DNA of 64,000 bases from Utricularia gibba (Eukaryota; Plantae; Magnoliophyta). The notes under the pieces were generated by a model. It ran no database searches, was not told where the DNA came from, and saw nothing but the letters and a program-made list of their open reading frames with translations. Shown in pieces: positions 10,981-22,700 of the stretch (position 1 is its first letter; the number at the start of each line of letters is the position of its first letter). Position numbers and translations under genes: made by a program. Location: NCBI GenBank assembly GCA_002189035.1, contig NEEC01000007.1, positions 3,640,654 to 3,704,653 on the forward strand, given 5' to 3'.

Positions 10981-13900
10981 GCAGTTATTGAAGTTAGGAT
11001 TTCATGAGCACCCAAAATGGTTTTCTCAACCGCATGCTTTATATTTGAGGCGCTCTCGTGGGGCAACGGTATCGAGCAGGAGGTCGAGTCGAGCTCGGGC
11101 CCAGAGTCATTTGTAGCCGGCAAAAAAATTGATGCATTTATTAACGTTGGTTTTAATAGGCTGCCTACATGGTTTCTCAAGGAAAAGCTTGTCGTTTCTG
11201 GGCGGGTGATGTCTTTTGGAACTTCGTTCTGACCATAGGTTCGGTCTGACTCCTTTGCCACATCGGGTCCTACTCGACGAAAATCGTGATGCAGTTATTG
11301 AAGTTAGGATTTCATGAGCACCCAAAATGGTTTTCTCAACCGCATGCTTTATATTTGATAAGGTGCTCTCGTGGGGCAACGGTATCGAGTAGGAGGTCGA
11401 GTCGAGCTCGGGCCCATAGTCATTTGTAGCTCGGCAAAAAACTTGATGCATTTATTAACGGTTGGTTTTAATAGGCTGCCTCAATGGTTTTCTCAAGGAA
11501 AAGCTTGTCGTTTTTGGGCGGGTGATGTCGTTGTGAACTTCGTTCTGACCAAGGTTCGGTCTGTCTCCTTTGCCAATCTGGTCCTACTCGACGAAAATCG
11601 TGATGCAGTTATTGAAGTTAGGATTTCATGAGCACCCAAAATGTTTTGTCAATCGCATGCTTTGTAGTTGAGGAGGCGCTCTAGTGGGGCACGGTATCGG
11701 GCAAAAGGTCGAGTCGGGCTCGCTCCCAGAGTCATTTTAGCCTGCAAAAAAAGTGATGCATTTATTAACGTTGGGTTTTAATAGGCTGCCTACATGGTTT
11801 CTCAAGGAAAAGCTTGTCGTTTCTGGGCGGGTGATGTCTTTTGGAACTTCGTTCTGACCATAGGTTCGGTCTGACTCCTTTGCCACATCGGGTCCTACTC
11901 GACGAAAATCGTGATGCAGTTATTGAAGTTAGGATTCATGAGCACCCAAAATGGTTTTCTCAACCGCATGCTTTATATTTGATAAGGCACTCTCGTGGGC
12001 AACGGTATCGAGCAGGAGGAGAGTCGAGCTCGGCCCAGAGTCATTTGTAGCCCGGCAAAAAAATTGATGCATTTATTAACGTTCGGTTTATTAGGCTGCC
12101 TACATAGTTTCTCAAGGAAAAGCTTGTCGTTTCTGGGCGGGTGATGTCTTTTGGAACTTCGTTCTGACCAAGGTTCGGTCTGACTCCTTTGCCACATCGG
12201 GTCCTACTCGAAAATCGTGATGCAGTTATTGAAGTTAGGATTCATGAGCACCCAAAATGGTTTTCTCAACCGCATGCTTTATATTTGATAGGCGCTCTCG
12301 TGGGGCAACGGTATCGAGCAGGAGGTCGAGTCGAGCTCGTCCCAGAGTCATTTGTAGCCGGCAAAAAAATTGATGCATTTATTAACGTTGGTTTATTAGG
12401 CTGCCTACATGTTTTCTCAAGGAAAAGCTTGTCGTTGGGCGGGTGATGTCGTTGGGAACTTCGTTCCCCAAGGTTCGTCTGACTCCTTTGCCACATCGGG
12501 TCCTACTCGACGAAAATCGTGATGCAGTTATTGAAGTTAGGATTCATGAGCACCCAAAATGGTTTTCTCAACCGCATGCTTTATATTTGAGGAGGCGCTC
12601 GTGGGCAACGGTATCGAGCAGGAGGTCGAGTCGAGCTCGGGCCCATAGTCATTTGTAGCTCGGCAAAAAACTTGATGCATTTATTAACGTTGGGTTTTAA
12701 TAGGCTGCCTACATGTTTTCTCAAGGAAAAGCTTGTCGTTTTTGGGCGGGTGATGTCGTTGTGAACTTCGTTCTGACCCAAGGTTCGGTCTGTCTCCTTT
12801 GCCAAATCTGGTCCTACTCGACGAAAATCGTGATGCAGTTATTGAAGTTAGGATTTCATGAGCACCCAAAATGGTTTTCTCAACGCATGCTTTATTTGAG
12901 GAGGCGCTCTAGTGGGGCAACGGTATCGAGCAAAGGTCGAGTCGGCTCGCCCAGAGTCATTTTTAGCCTGTCAAAAAAATGATGCATTTATTAACGTTGG
13001 GTTTAATAGGCTGCCTACATGGTTTCTCAAGGAAAAGCTTGTCGTTTCTGGGCGGTGATGTCTTTTGGAACTTCGTTCTGACCATAGGTTCGGTCTGACT
13101 CCTTTGCCACATCGGGTCCTACTCGACGAAAATCGTGATGCAGTTATTGAAGTTAGGATTTCATGAGCACCCAAATGGTTTTCTCAACCGCATGCTTTAT
13201 ATTTGATAAGGTGCTCTCGTGGGGCAACGGTATCGAGTAGGAGGTCGAGTCGAGCTCGGGCCCATAGTCATTTGTAGCTCGGCAAAAAACTTGATGCATT
13301 TATTAACGTTGGTTTTAATAGGCTGCCTCAATGGTTTTCTCAAGGAAAAGCTTGTCGTTTTTGGGCGGGTGATGTCGTTGTGAACTTCGTTCTGACCAAG
13401 GTTCGGTCTGTCTCCTTTGCCAATCTGGTCCTACTCGACGAAAATCGTGATGCAGTTATTGAAGTTAGGATTTCATGAGCACCCAAAATGCTTTTGTCAG
13501 CATGCTTTATAGTTTGAGGAGGCGCTCTAGTGGGCACGGTATCGGCAAAAGGTCGAGTCGGGCTCGCTCCAGAGTCATTTTAGCCGTCAAAAAAAGTGAT
13601 GCATTTATTAACGTTGGGTTTTAATAGGCTGCCTACATGGTTTCTCAAGGAAAAGCTTGTCGTTTCTGGGCGGTGATGTCTTTTGGAACTTCGTTCTGAC
13701 CATAGGTTCGGTCTGACTCCTTTGCCACATCGGGTCCTACTCGACGAAAATCGTGATGCAGTTATTGAAGTTAGGATTCATGAGCACCCAAAATGGTTTT
13801 CTCAACCGCATGCTTTATATTTGATAAGGCACTCTCGTGGGGCAACGGTATCGAGCAGGAGGTCGAGTCGAGCTCGGCCCAGTCATTTGTAGCCCGGCAA

Positions 13901-16900
13901 AAAAATTGATGCATTTATTAACGTTCGGTTTATTAGGCTGCCTACATAGTTTCTCAAGGAAAAGCTTGTCGTTTTGGGCGGGTGATGTCTTTTGGAACTT
14001 CGTTCTGACCATAGGTTCGGTCTGACTCCTTTGCCACATCGGGTCCTACTCGACGAAAATCGTGATGCAGTTATTGAAGTTAGGATTTCATGAGCACCCA
14101 AAATGGTTTTCTCAACCGCATGCTTTATATTTGATAAGGCTCTCGTGGGGCAACGGTATCGAGTAGGAGGTCGAGTCGAGCTCGGGCCCATAGTCATTTG
14201 TAGCTCGGCAAAAAACTTGATGCATTTATTAACGGTTGGTTTTAATAGGCTGCCTCAATGGTTTTCTCAAGGAAAAGCTTGTCGTTTTTGGCGGGGTGAT
14301 GTCGTTGTGAACTTCGTTCTGACCCAAGGTTCGGTCTGTCTCCTTTGCCAATCTGGTCCTACTCGACGAAAATCGTGATGCAGTTATTGAAGTTAGGATT
14401 TCATGAGCACCCAAAATGCTTTTGTCAATCGCATGCTTTGTAGTTGAGGAGGCGCTCTAGTGGGGCACGGTATCGGCAAAAGGTCGAGTCGGGCTCGCTC
14501 CCAGAGTCATTTTTAGCCTGTCAAAAAAAGTGATGCATTTATTAACGTTGGGTTTTAATAGGCTGCCTACATGGTTTCTCAAGGAAAAGCTTGTCGTTTC
14601 TGGGCGGGTGATGTCTTTTGGAACTTCGTTCTGACCATAGGTTCGGTCTGACTCGCCACATCGGGTCCTACTCGACGAAAATCGTGATGCAGTTATTGAA
14701 GTTAGGATTTCATGAGCACCCAAAATGGTTTTCTCAACCGCATGCTTTATATTTGATAAGGTGCTCTCGTGGGGCAACGGTATCGAGTAGGAGGTCGAGT
14801 CGAGCTCGGGCCCATAGTCATTTGTAGCTCGGCAAAAAACTTGATGCATTTATTAACGGTTGGTTTTAATAGGCTGCCTCAATGGTTTTCTCAAGGAAAA
14901 GCTTGTCGTTTTTGGGCGGGTGATGTCGTTGTGAACTTCGTTCTGACCCAAGGTTCGGTCTGTCTCCTTTGCCAATCTGGTCCTACTCGACGAAAATCGT
15001 GATGCAGTTATTGAAGTTAGGATTTCATGAGCACCCAAAATGCTTTTTCAACGCATGCTTTGTAGTTGAGGAGGCGCTCTAGTGGGGCACGGTATCGGGC
15101 AAAAGGTCGAGTCGGGCTCGCTCCAGAGTCATTTTAGCCTGTCAAAAAAAGTGATGCATTTATTAACGTTGGGTTTTAATAGGCTGCCTACATGGTTTCT
15201 CAAGGAAAAGCTTGTCGTTTCTGGGCGGGTGATGTCTTTTGGAACTTCGTTCTGACCATAGGTTCGGTCTGACTCCTTTGCCACATCGGGTCCTACTCGA
15301 CGAAAATCGTGATGCAGTTATTGAAGTTAGGATTCATGAGCACCCAAAATGGTTTTCTCAACCGCATGCTTTATATTTGATAAGGCACTCTCGTGGGGCA
15401 ACGGTATCGAGCAGGAGGTCGAGTCGAGCTCGGGCCCAGAGTCATTTGTAGCCCGGCAAAAAATTGATGCATTTATTAACGTTGGTTTAATAGGCTGCCT
15501 ACATGGTTTCTCAAGGAAAAGCTTGTCGTTTTGGGCGGGTGATGTCTTTTGGAACTTCGTTCTGACCAGGTTCGGTCTGACTCCTTTGCCACATCGGTCC
15601 TACTCGACGAAAATCGTGATGCAGTTATTGAAGTTAGGATTCATGAGCACCCAAAATGGTTTTCTCAACCGCATGCTTTATATTTGATAAGGCACTCTCG
15701 TGGGGCAACGGTATCGAGCAGGAGGTCGAGTCGAGCTCGGGCCCAGAGTCATTTGTAGCCCGGCAAAAAAATTGATGCATTTATTAACGTTGGTTTAATA
15801 GGCTGCCTACATGGTTTCTCAAGGAAAAGCTTGTCGTTTCTGGGCGGGTGATGTCTTTTGGAACTTCGTTCTGACCAAGGTTCGGTCTGACTCCTTTGCC
15901 ACATCGGGTCCTACTCGACGAAAATCGTGATGCAGTTATTGAAGTTAGGATTCATGAGCACCCAAAATTTTTCTCAACGCATGCTTTATATTTGAGGAGG
16001 CGCTCTCGTGGGGCACGGTATCGAGCAAAAGGTCGAGTCGGGCTCGTCCCAGAGTCATTTTTAGCCCGTCAAAAAATTGATGCATTTATTAACGTTGGGT
16101 TTAATAGGCTGCCTACATGGTTTCTCAAGGAAAAGCTTGTCGTTTCTGGGCGGGTGATGTCTTTTGGAACTTCGTTCTGACCATAGGTTCGGTCTGACTC
16201 CTTTGCCACATCGGGTCCTACTCGACGAAAATCGTGATGCAGTTATTGAAGTTAGGATTTCATGAGCACCCAAAATGGTTTTCTCAACCGCATGCTTTAT
16301 ATTTGATAAGGTGCTCTCGTGGGGCAACGGTATCGAGCAGGAGGTCGAGTCGAGCTCGGCCCATAGTCATTTGTAGCTCGGCAAAAAACTTGATGCATTT
16401 ATTAACGGTTGGTTTTAATAGGCTGCCTCAATGGTTTTCTCAAGGAAAGCTTGTCGTTTTGGGCGGGTGATGTCTTTTGAAACTTCGTTCTGACCAGTTC
16501 GGTCTGACTCCTTTGCCACATCGGGTCCTACTCGACGAAAATCGTGATGCAGTTATTGAAGTTAGGATTCATGAGCACCCAAAATGGTTTTCTCAACCGC
16601 ATGCTTTATATTTGATAAGGCACTCTCGTGGGGCAACGGTATCGAGCAGGAGGTCGAGTCGAGCTCGGTCCCAGAGTCATTTGTAGCCCGGCAAAAAAAA
16701 TTGATGCATTTATTAACGTTGGTTTATTAGGCTGCCTACATGTTTCTCAAGGAAAAGCTTGTCGTTTCTGGCGGGTGATGTCGTTGGAACTTCGTTCTGA
16801 CCCAAGGTTCGGTCTGACTCCTTTGCCACATCGGGTCCTACTCGACGAAAATCGTGATGCAGTTATTGAAGTTAGGATTCATGAGCACCCAAAATGGTTT

Positions 16901-17981
16901 TCTCAACCGCATGCTTTATATTTGAGGAGGCTCTCGTGGGGCAACGGTATCGAGCAGGAGGTCGAGTCGAGCTCGGGCCCATAGTCATTTGTAGCTCGGC
17001 AAAAAACTTGATGCATTTATTAACGTTGGTTTTAATAGGCTGCCTACATTGTTTTCTCAAGGAAAAGCTTGTCGTTTTTGGGCGGGTGATGTCGTTGTGA
17101 ACTTCGTTCTGACCAAGGTTCGGTCTGACTCCTTTGCCACATCGGGTCCTACTCGACGAAAATCGTGATGCAGTTATTGAAGTTAGGATTTCATGAGCAC
17201 CCAAAATGGTTTTCTCAACCGCATGCTTTATATTTGATAAGGTGCTCTCGTGGGGCAACGGTATCGAGTAGGAGGTCGAGTCGAGCTCGGGCCCATAGTC
17301 ATTTGTAGCTCGGCAAAAAACTTGATGCATTTATTAACGGTTGGTTTTAATAGGCTGCCTCAATGGTTTTCTCAAGGAAAAGCTTGTCGTTTTTGGCGGG
17401 TGATGTCGTTGTGAACTTCGTTCTGACCCAAGGTTCGGTCTGTCTCCTTTGCCAAATCTGGTCCTACTCGACGAAAATCGTGATGCAGTTATTGAAGTTA
17501 GGATTTCATGAGCACCCAAAATGCTTTTGTCAATCGCATGCTTTGTAGTTGAGGAGGCGCTCTAGTGGGGCACGGTATCGGGCAAAAGGTCGAGTCGGGC
17601 TCGCTCCAGAGTCATTTTTAGCCCAAAAAAAGTGATGCATTTATTAACGTTGGGTTTTAATAGGCTGCCTACATGGTTTCTCAAGGAAAAGCTTGTCGTT
17701 TCTGGGGGTGATGTCTTTTGGAACTTCGTTCTGACCATAGGTTCGGTCTGACTCCTTTGCCACATCGGGTCCTACTCGACGAAAATCGTGATGCAGTTAT
17801 TGAAGTTAGGATTTCATGAGCACCCAAAATGGTTTTCTCAACCGCATGCTTTATATTTGATAAGGTGCTCTCGTGGGGCAACGGTATCGAGTAGGAGGTC
17901 GAGTCGAGCTCGGGCCATAGTCATTTGTAGCTCGGCAAAAAACTTGATGCATTTATTAACGTTGGTTTTAATAGGCTGCCT

Positions 17982-18206
17982 CAATGGTTTCTCAAGGAAA
18001 AGCTTGTCGTTTTGGCGGGTGATGTCGTTGTGAACTTCGTTCTGACCAAGGTTCGGTCTGTCCTTTGCCAATGGTTTTCTCAAGGAAAAGCTTGTCGTCT
18101 TTTGGGCGGGTGATAGTCGTTGGCAAAAAACTGAACTTCGTTCTGAAAAGCCAAGGTTCGGTCTGACTCCTTTGCCAAATCGGTCCTACTCGACGAAAAT
18201 CGTGAT
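17982..18206 (+). repeat. Aberrant 414-bp unit (17793-18206) containing a partial tandem duplication of subunit 2
   Basis: After CCTTTGCCAAT (ends 18072) the sequence restarts at GGTTTTCTCAAGGAAAAGCTT and repeats 17982-18068, with short inserted pieces. Confidence 0.9.
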
Positions 18207-19452
18207 GCAGTTATTGAAGTTAGGATTTCATGAGCACCCAAAATGGTTTTTCAACGCATGCTTTATATTTGATATAAGCGCTCTAGTGTGGGCACGGGTA
18301 TCGGCAAAAGGTCGAGTCGGGCTCGCCCCAGTCATTTTGTAGCCCGCAAAAAAATGATGCATCATTTATAACGTTGGGTTTTAATAGGCTGCCTACATGG
18401 TTTCTCAAGGAAAAGCTTGTCGTTTCTGGGCGGGTGATGTCTTTTGGAACTTCGTTCTGACCATAGGTTCGGTCTGACTCCTTTGCCACATCGGGTCCTA
18501 CTCGACGAAAATCGTGATGCAGTTATTGAAGTTAGGATTTCATGAGCACCCAAAATGGTTTTCTCAACCGCATGCTTTATATTTGATAAGGTGCTCTCGT
18601 GGGGCAACGGTATCGAGTAGGAGGTCGAGTCGAGCTCGGGCCCATAGTCATTTGTAGCTCGGCAAAAAACTTGATGCATTTATTAACGGTTGGTTTTAAT
18701 AGGCTGCCTCAATGGTTTTCTCAAGGAAAAGCTTGTCGTTTTTGGGCGGGTGATGTCGTTGTGAACTTCGTTCTGACCCAAGGTTCGGTCTGTCTCCTTT
18801 GCCAAATCTGGTCCTACTCGACGAAAATCGTGATGCAGTTATTGAAGTTAGGATTTCATGAGCACCCAAAATGCTTTTCAATCGCATGCTTTGTAGTTGA
18901 GGAGGCGCTCTAGTGGGGCACGGTATCGGGCAAAAGGTCGAGTCGGGCTCGCCCAGAGTCATTTTAGCCTGTCAAAAAAAGTGATGCATTTATTAACGTT
19001 GGGTTTTAATAGGCTGCCTACATGGTTTCTCAAGGAAAAGCTTGTCGTTTCTGGGCGGGTGATGTCTTTTGGAACTTCGTTCTGACCATAGGTTCGGTCT
19101 GACTCCTTTGCCACATCGGGTCCTACTCGACGAAAATCGTGATGCAGTTATTGAAGTTAGGATTTCATGAGCACCCAAAATGGTTTTCTCAACCGCATGC
19201 TTTATATTTGATAAGGTGCTCTCGTGGGGCAACGGTATCGAGTAGGAGGTCGAGTCGAGCTCGGGCCCATAGTCATTTGTAGCTCGGCAAAAAACTTGAT
19301 GCATTTATTAACGGTTGGTTTTAATAGGCTGCCTCAAGGTTTTCTCAAGGAAAAGCTTGTCGTTTTTGGGGGTGATGTCTGTGAACTTCGTTCTGACCAA
19401 GGTTCGGTCTGTCTCCTTTGCCAATCTGGTCCTACTCGACGAAAATCGTGAT

Positions 19453-19776
19453 GCAGTTATTGAAGTTAGGATTTCATGAGCACCCAAAATGCTTTTTCTC
19501 GATGTCGTCTGTGAACTTCGTTCTGACCCAAAAAAAAATTGTTCGGTCTGCCTCTCCTTTGCCAATCTGGTCCTACTCGACGAACGAAAATCGTGATGCA
19601 GTTATTGAAGTTAGGATTTCATGAGCACCTCAAAAAAAAACTTGATGCATTTATTAACGGTTGGTTTTAATAGGCTGCTTTTTTTTGGGCGGGTGATGTC
19701 GTTGTGAACTTCGTTCTGACCCAAGGTTCGGTCTGTCTCCTTTGCCAATCTGGTCCTACTCGACGAAAATCGTGAT
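19453..19776 (+). repeat. Two internally deleted units (145 bp and 179 bp)
   Basis: Anchors at 19453, 19598 and 19777. The first unit jumps from ..TTTTTCTC (19500) to GATGTCG; the second jumps from GAGCACC to TCAAAAAAAAACTTGATG and from GGCTGC to TTTTTTTTGGGCGGG. Confidence 0.9.
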
Positions 19777-22700
19777 GCAGTTATTGAAGTTAGGATTTCA
19801 TGAGCACCCAAAATGCTTTTTCAATCGCATGCTTTATATTTGAGGAGGCGCTCTAGTGGGGCACGGTATCGGGCAAAAGGTCGAGTCGGGCTCGCTCCCA
19901 GAGTCATTTTTTAGCCTGTCAAAAAAAAGTGATGCATTTATTAACGTTGGTTTTAATAGGCTGCCTACATGTTTCTCAAGGAAAAGCTTGTCGTTTCTGG
20001 GCGGGTGATGTCTTTTGGAACTTCGTTCTGACCATAGGTTCGGTCTGACTCCTTTGCCACATCGGGTCCTACTCGACGAAAATCGTGATGCAGTTATTGA
20101 AGTTAGGATTTCATGAGCACCAAAATGGTTTTCTCAACCGCATGCTTTATATTTGATAAGGTGCTCTCGTGGGGCAACGGTATCGAGTAGGAGGTCGAGT
20201 CGAGCTCGGGCCCATAGTCATTTGTAGCTCGGCAAAAAACTTGATGCATTTATTAACGTTGGTTTTAATAGGCTGCCTCATGGTTTTCTCAAGGAAAAGC
20301 TTGTCGTTTTTGGGCGGGTGATGTCGTTGTGAACTTCGTTCTGACCCAAGGTTCGGTCTGTCTCCTTTGCCAAATCTGGTCCTACTCGACGAAAATCGTG
20401 ATGCAGTTATTGAAGTTAGGATTTCATGAGCACCAAATTGGCATGCTTTGTAGTTGAGGAGGCGCTCTAGTGGGGCAACGGTATCGGGCAAAGGTCGAGT
20501 CGGGCTCGCCCAGAGTCATTTTAGCCTGTCAAAAAAAGTGATGCATTTATTAACGTTGGTTTTAATAGGCTGCCTACATGGTTTCAAGGAAAAGCTTGTC
20601 GTTTCTGGGCGGGTGATGTCTTTTGGAACTTCGTTCTGACCATAGGTTCGGTCTGACTCCTTTGCCACATCGGGTCCTACTCGACGAAAATCGTGATGCA
20701 GTTATTGAAGTTAGGATTTCATGAGCACCCAAAATGGTTTTCTCAACCGCATGCTTTATATTTGATAAGGCACTCTCGTGGGGCAACGGTATCGAGCAGG
20801 AGGTCGAGTCGAGCTCGGGCCATAGTCATTTGTAGCTCGGCAAAAAACTTGATGCATTTATTAACGGTTGGTTTTAATAGGCTGCCTCATGGTTTTCTCA
20901 AGGAAAAGCTTGTCGTTTTTGGGCGGGTGATGTCGTTGTGAACTTCGTTCTGACCCAAGGTTCGGTCTGTCTCCTTTGCCAATCTGGTCCTACTCGACGA
21001 AAATCGTGATGCAGTTATTGAAGTTAGGATTTCATGAGCACCCAAAATGCTTTTTCAATCGCATGCTTTGTAGTTGAGGAGGCGCTCTAGTGGGGCACGG
21101 TATCGGGCAAAAGGTCGAGTCGGGCTCGCTCCAGAGTCATTTTTAGCCGGCAAAAAAGTGATGCATTTATTAACGTTGGGTTTTAATAGGCTGCCTACAT
21201 GGTTTCTCAAGGAAAAGCTTGTCGTTTCTGGGCGGGTGATGTCTTTTGGAACTTCGTTCTGACCATAGGTTCGGTCTGACTCCTTTGCCACATCGGGTCC
21301 TACTCGACGAAAATCGTGATGCAGTTATTGAAGTTAGGATTTCATGAGCACCCAAAATGGTTTTCTCAACCGCATGCTTTATATTTGATAAGGCACTCTC
21401 GTGGGGCAACGGTATCGAGCAGGAGGTCGAGTCGAGCTCGGGCCCAGAGTCATTTGTAGCCCGGCAAAAAATTGATGCATTTATTAACGTTGGTTTAATA
21501 GGCTGCCTACAAGTTTCTCAAGGAAAAGCTTGTCGTTTCTGGGCGGGTGATGTCTTTTGGAACTTCGTTCTGACCATAGTTCGGTCTGACTCCTTTGCCA
21601 CATCGGGTCCTACTCGACGAAAATCGTGATGCAGTTATTGAAGTTAGGATTCATGAGCACCCAAAATGGTTTCTCAACCGCATGCTTTATATTTGATAAG
21701 GCGCTCTCGTGGGGCAACGGTATCGAGCAGGAGGTCGAGTCGAGCTCGGGCCCAGTCATTTGTAGCTCGGCAAAAAAATTGATGCATTTATTAACGTTGG
21801 TTTAATAGGCTGCCTACATGGTTTCTCAAGGAAAAGCTTGTCGTTTCTGGGCGGGTGATGTCTTTTGGAACTTCGTTCTGACCATAGTTCGGTCTGACTC
21901 CTTTGCCACATCGGGTCCTACTCGACGAAAATCGTGATGCAGTTATTGAAGTTAGGATTTCATGAGCACCCAAAATGGTTTTCTCAACCGCATGCTTTAT
22001 ATTGATAAGGCGCTCTCGTGGGGCAACGGTATCGAGCAGGAGGTCGAGTCGAGCTCGGGCCCAGAGTCATTTGTAGCCGGCAAAAAAATTGATGCATTTA
22101 TTAACGTTGGTTTTAATAGGCTGCCTACATGTTTCTCAAGGAAAAAGCTTGTCGTTTGGCGGGTGATGTCGTTGGGAACTTCGTTCTGACCAAGGTTCGG
22201 TCTGACTCCTTTGCCACATCGGGTCCTACTCGACGAAAATCGTGATGCAGTTATTGAAGTTAGGATTCATGAGCACCCAAAATGGTTTTCTCAACCGCAT
22301 GCTTTATATTTGATAGGCGCTCTCGTGGGGCAACGGTATCGAGCAGGAGGTCGAGTCGAGCTCGGCCCAGAGTCATTTGTAGCCGGCAAAAAACTTGATG
22401 CATTTATTAACGTTGGGTTTTAATAGGCCCTACATGTTTTCTCAAGGAAAAGCTTGTCGTTTTTGGGCGGGTGATGTCTTGGAACTTCGTTCTGACCAAG
22501 GTTCGGTCTGTCTCCTTTGCCACATCGGTCCTACTCGACGAAAATCGTGATGCAGTTATTGAAGTTAGGATTTCATGAGCACCCAAAATGGTTTTCTCAA
22601 CCGCATGCTTTATATTTGATAAGGTGCTCTCGTGGGGCAACGGTATCGAGTAGGAGGTCGAGTCGAGCTCGGGCCCATAGTCATTTGTAGCTCGGCAAAA

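Larger units (their letters stand above)
1..11290 (+). repeat. Higher-order repeat domain: 8-monomer (~2.5 kb) unit B-A-B-A-C-C'-D-C, about 4 copies plus one truncated copy
   Basis: Class order read by eye: [B]ABA C C' D C (to 2257), BABA C C' D C (2258-4754), BA C D C (4755-6322), BABA C C' D C (6323-8790), BABA C C' D C/A (8791-11290). Full periods are 2497, 2468 and 2500 bp. Confidence 0.75.

Noticed and set aside
20403-20697. Other short units (295 bp at 20403, 298 bp at 26563, 293 bp at 51487)
   Set aside because: Isolated 7-16-bp deletions consistent with ordinary decay or sequencing noise; nothing distinguishes them as separate features.
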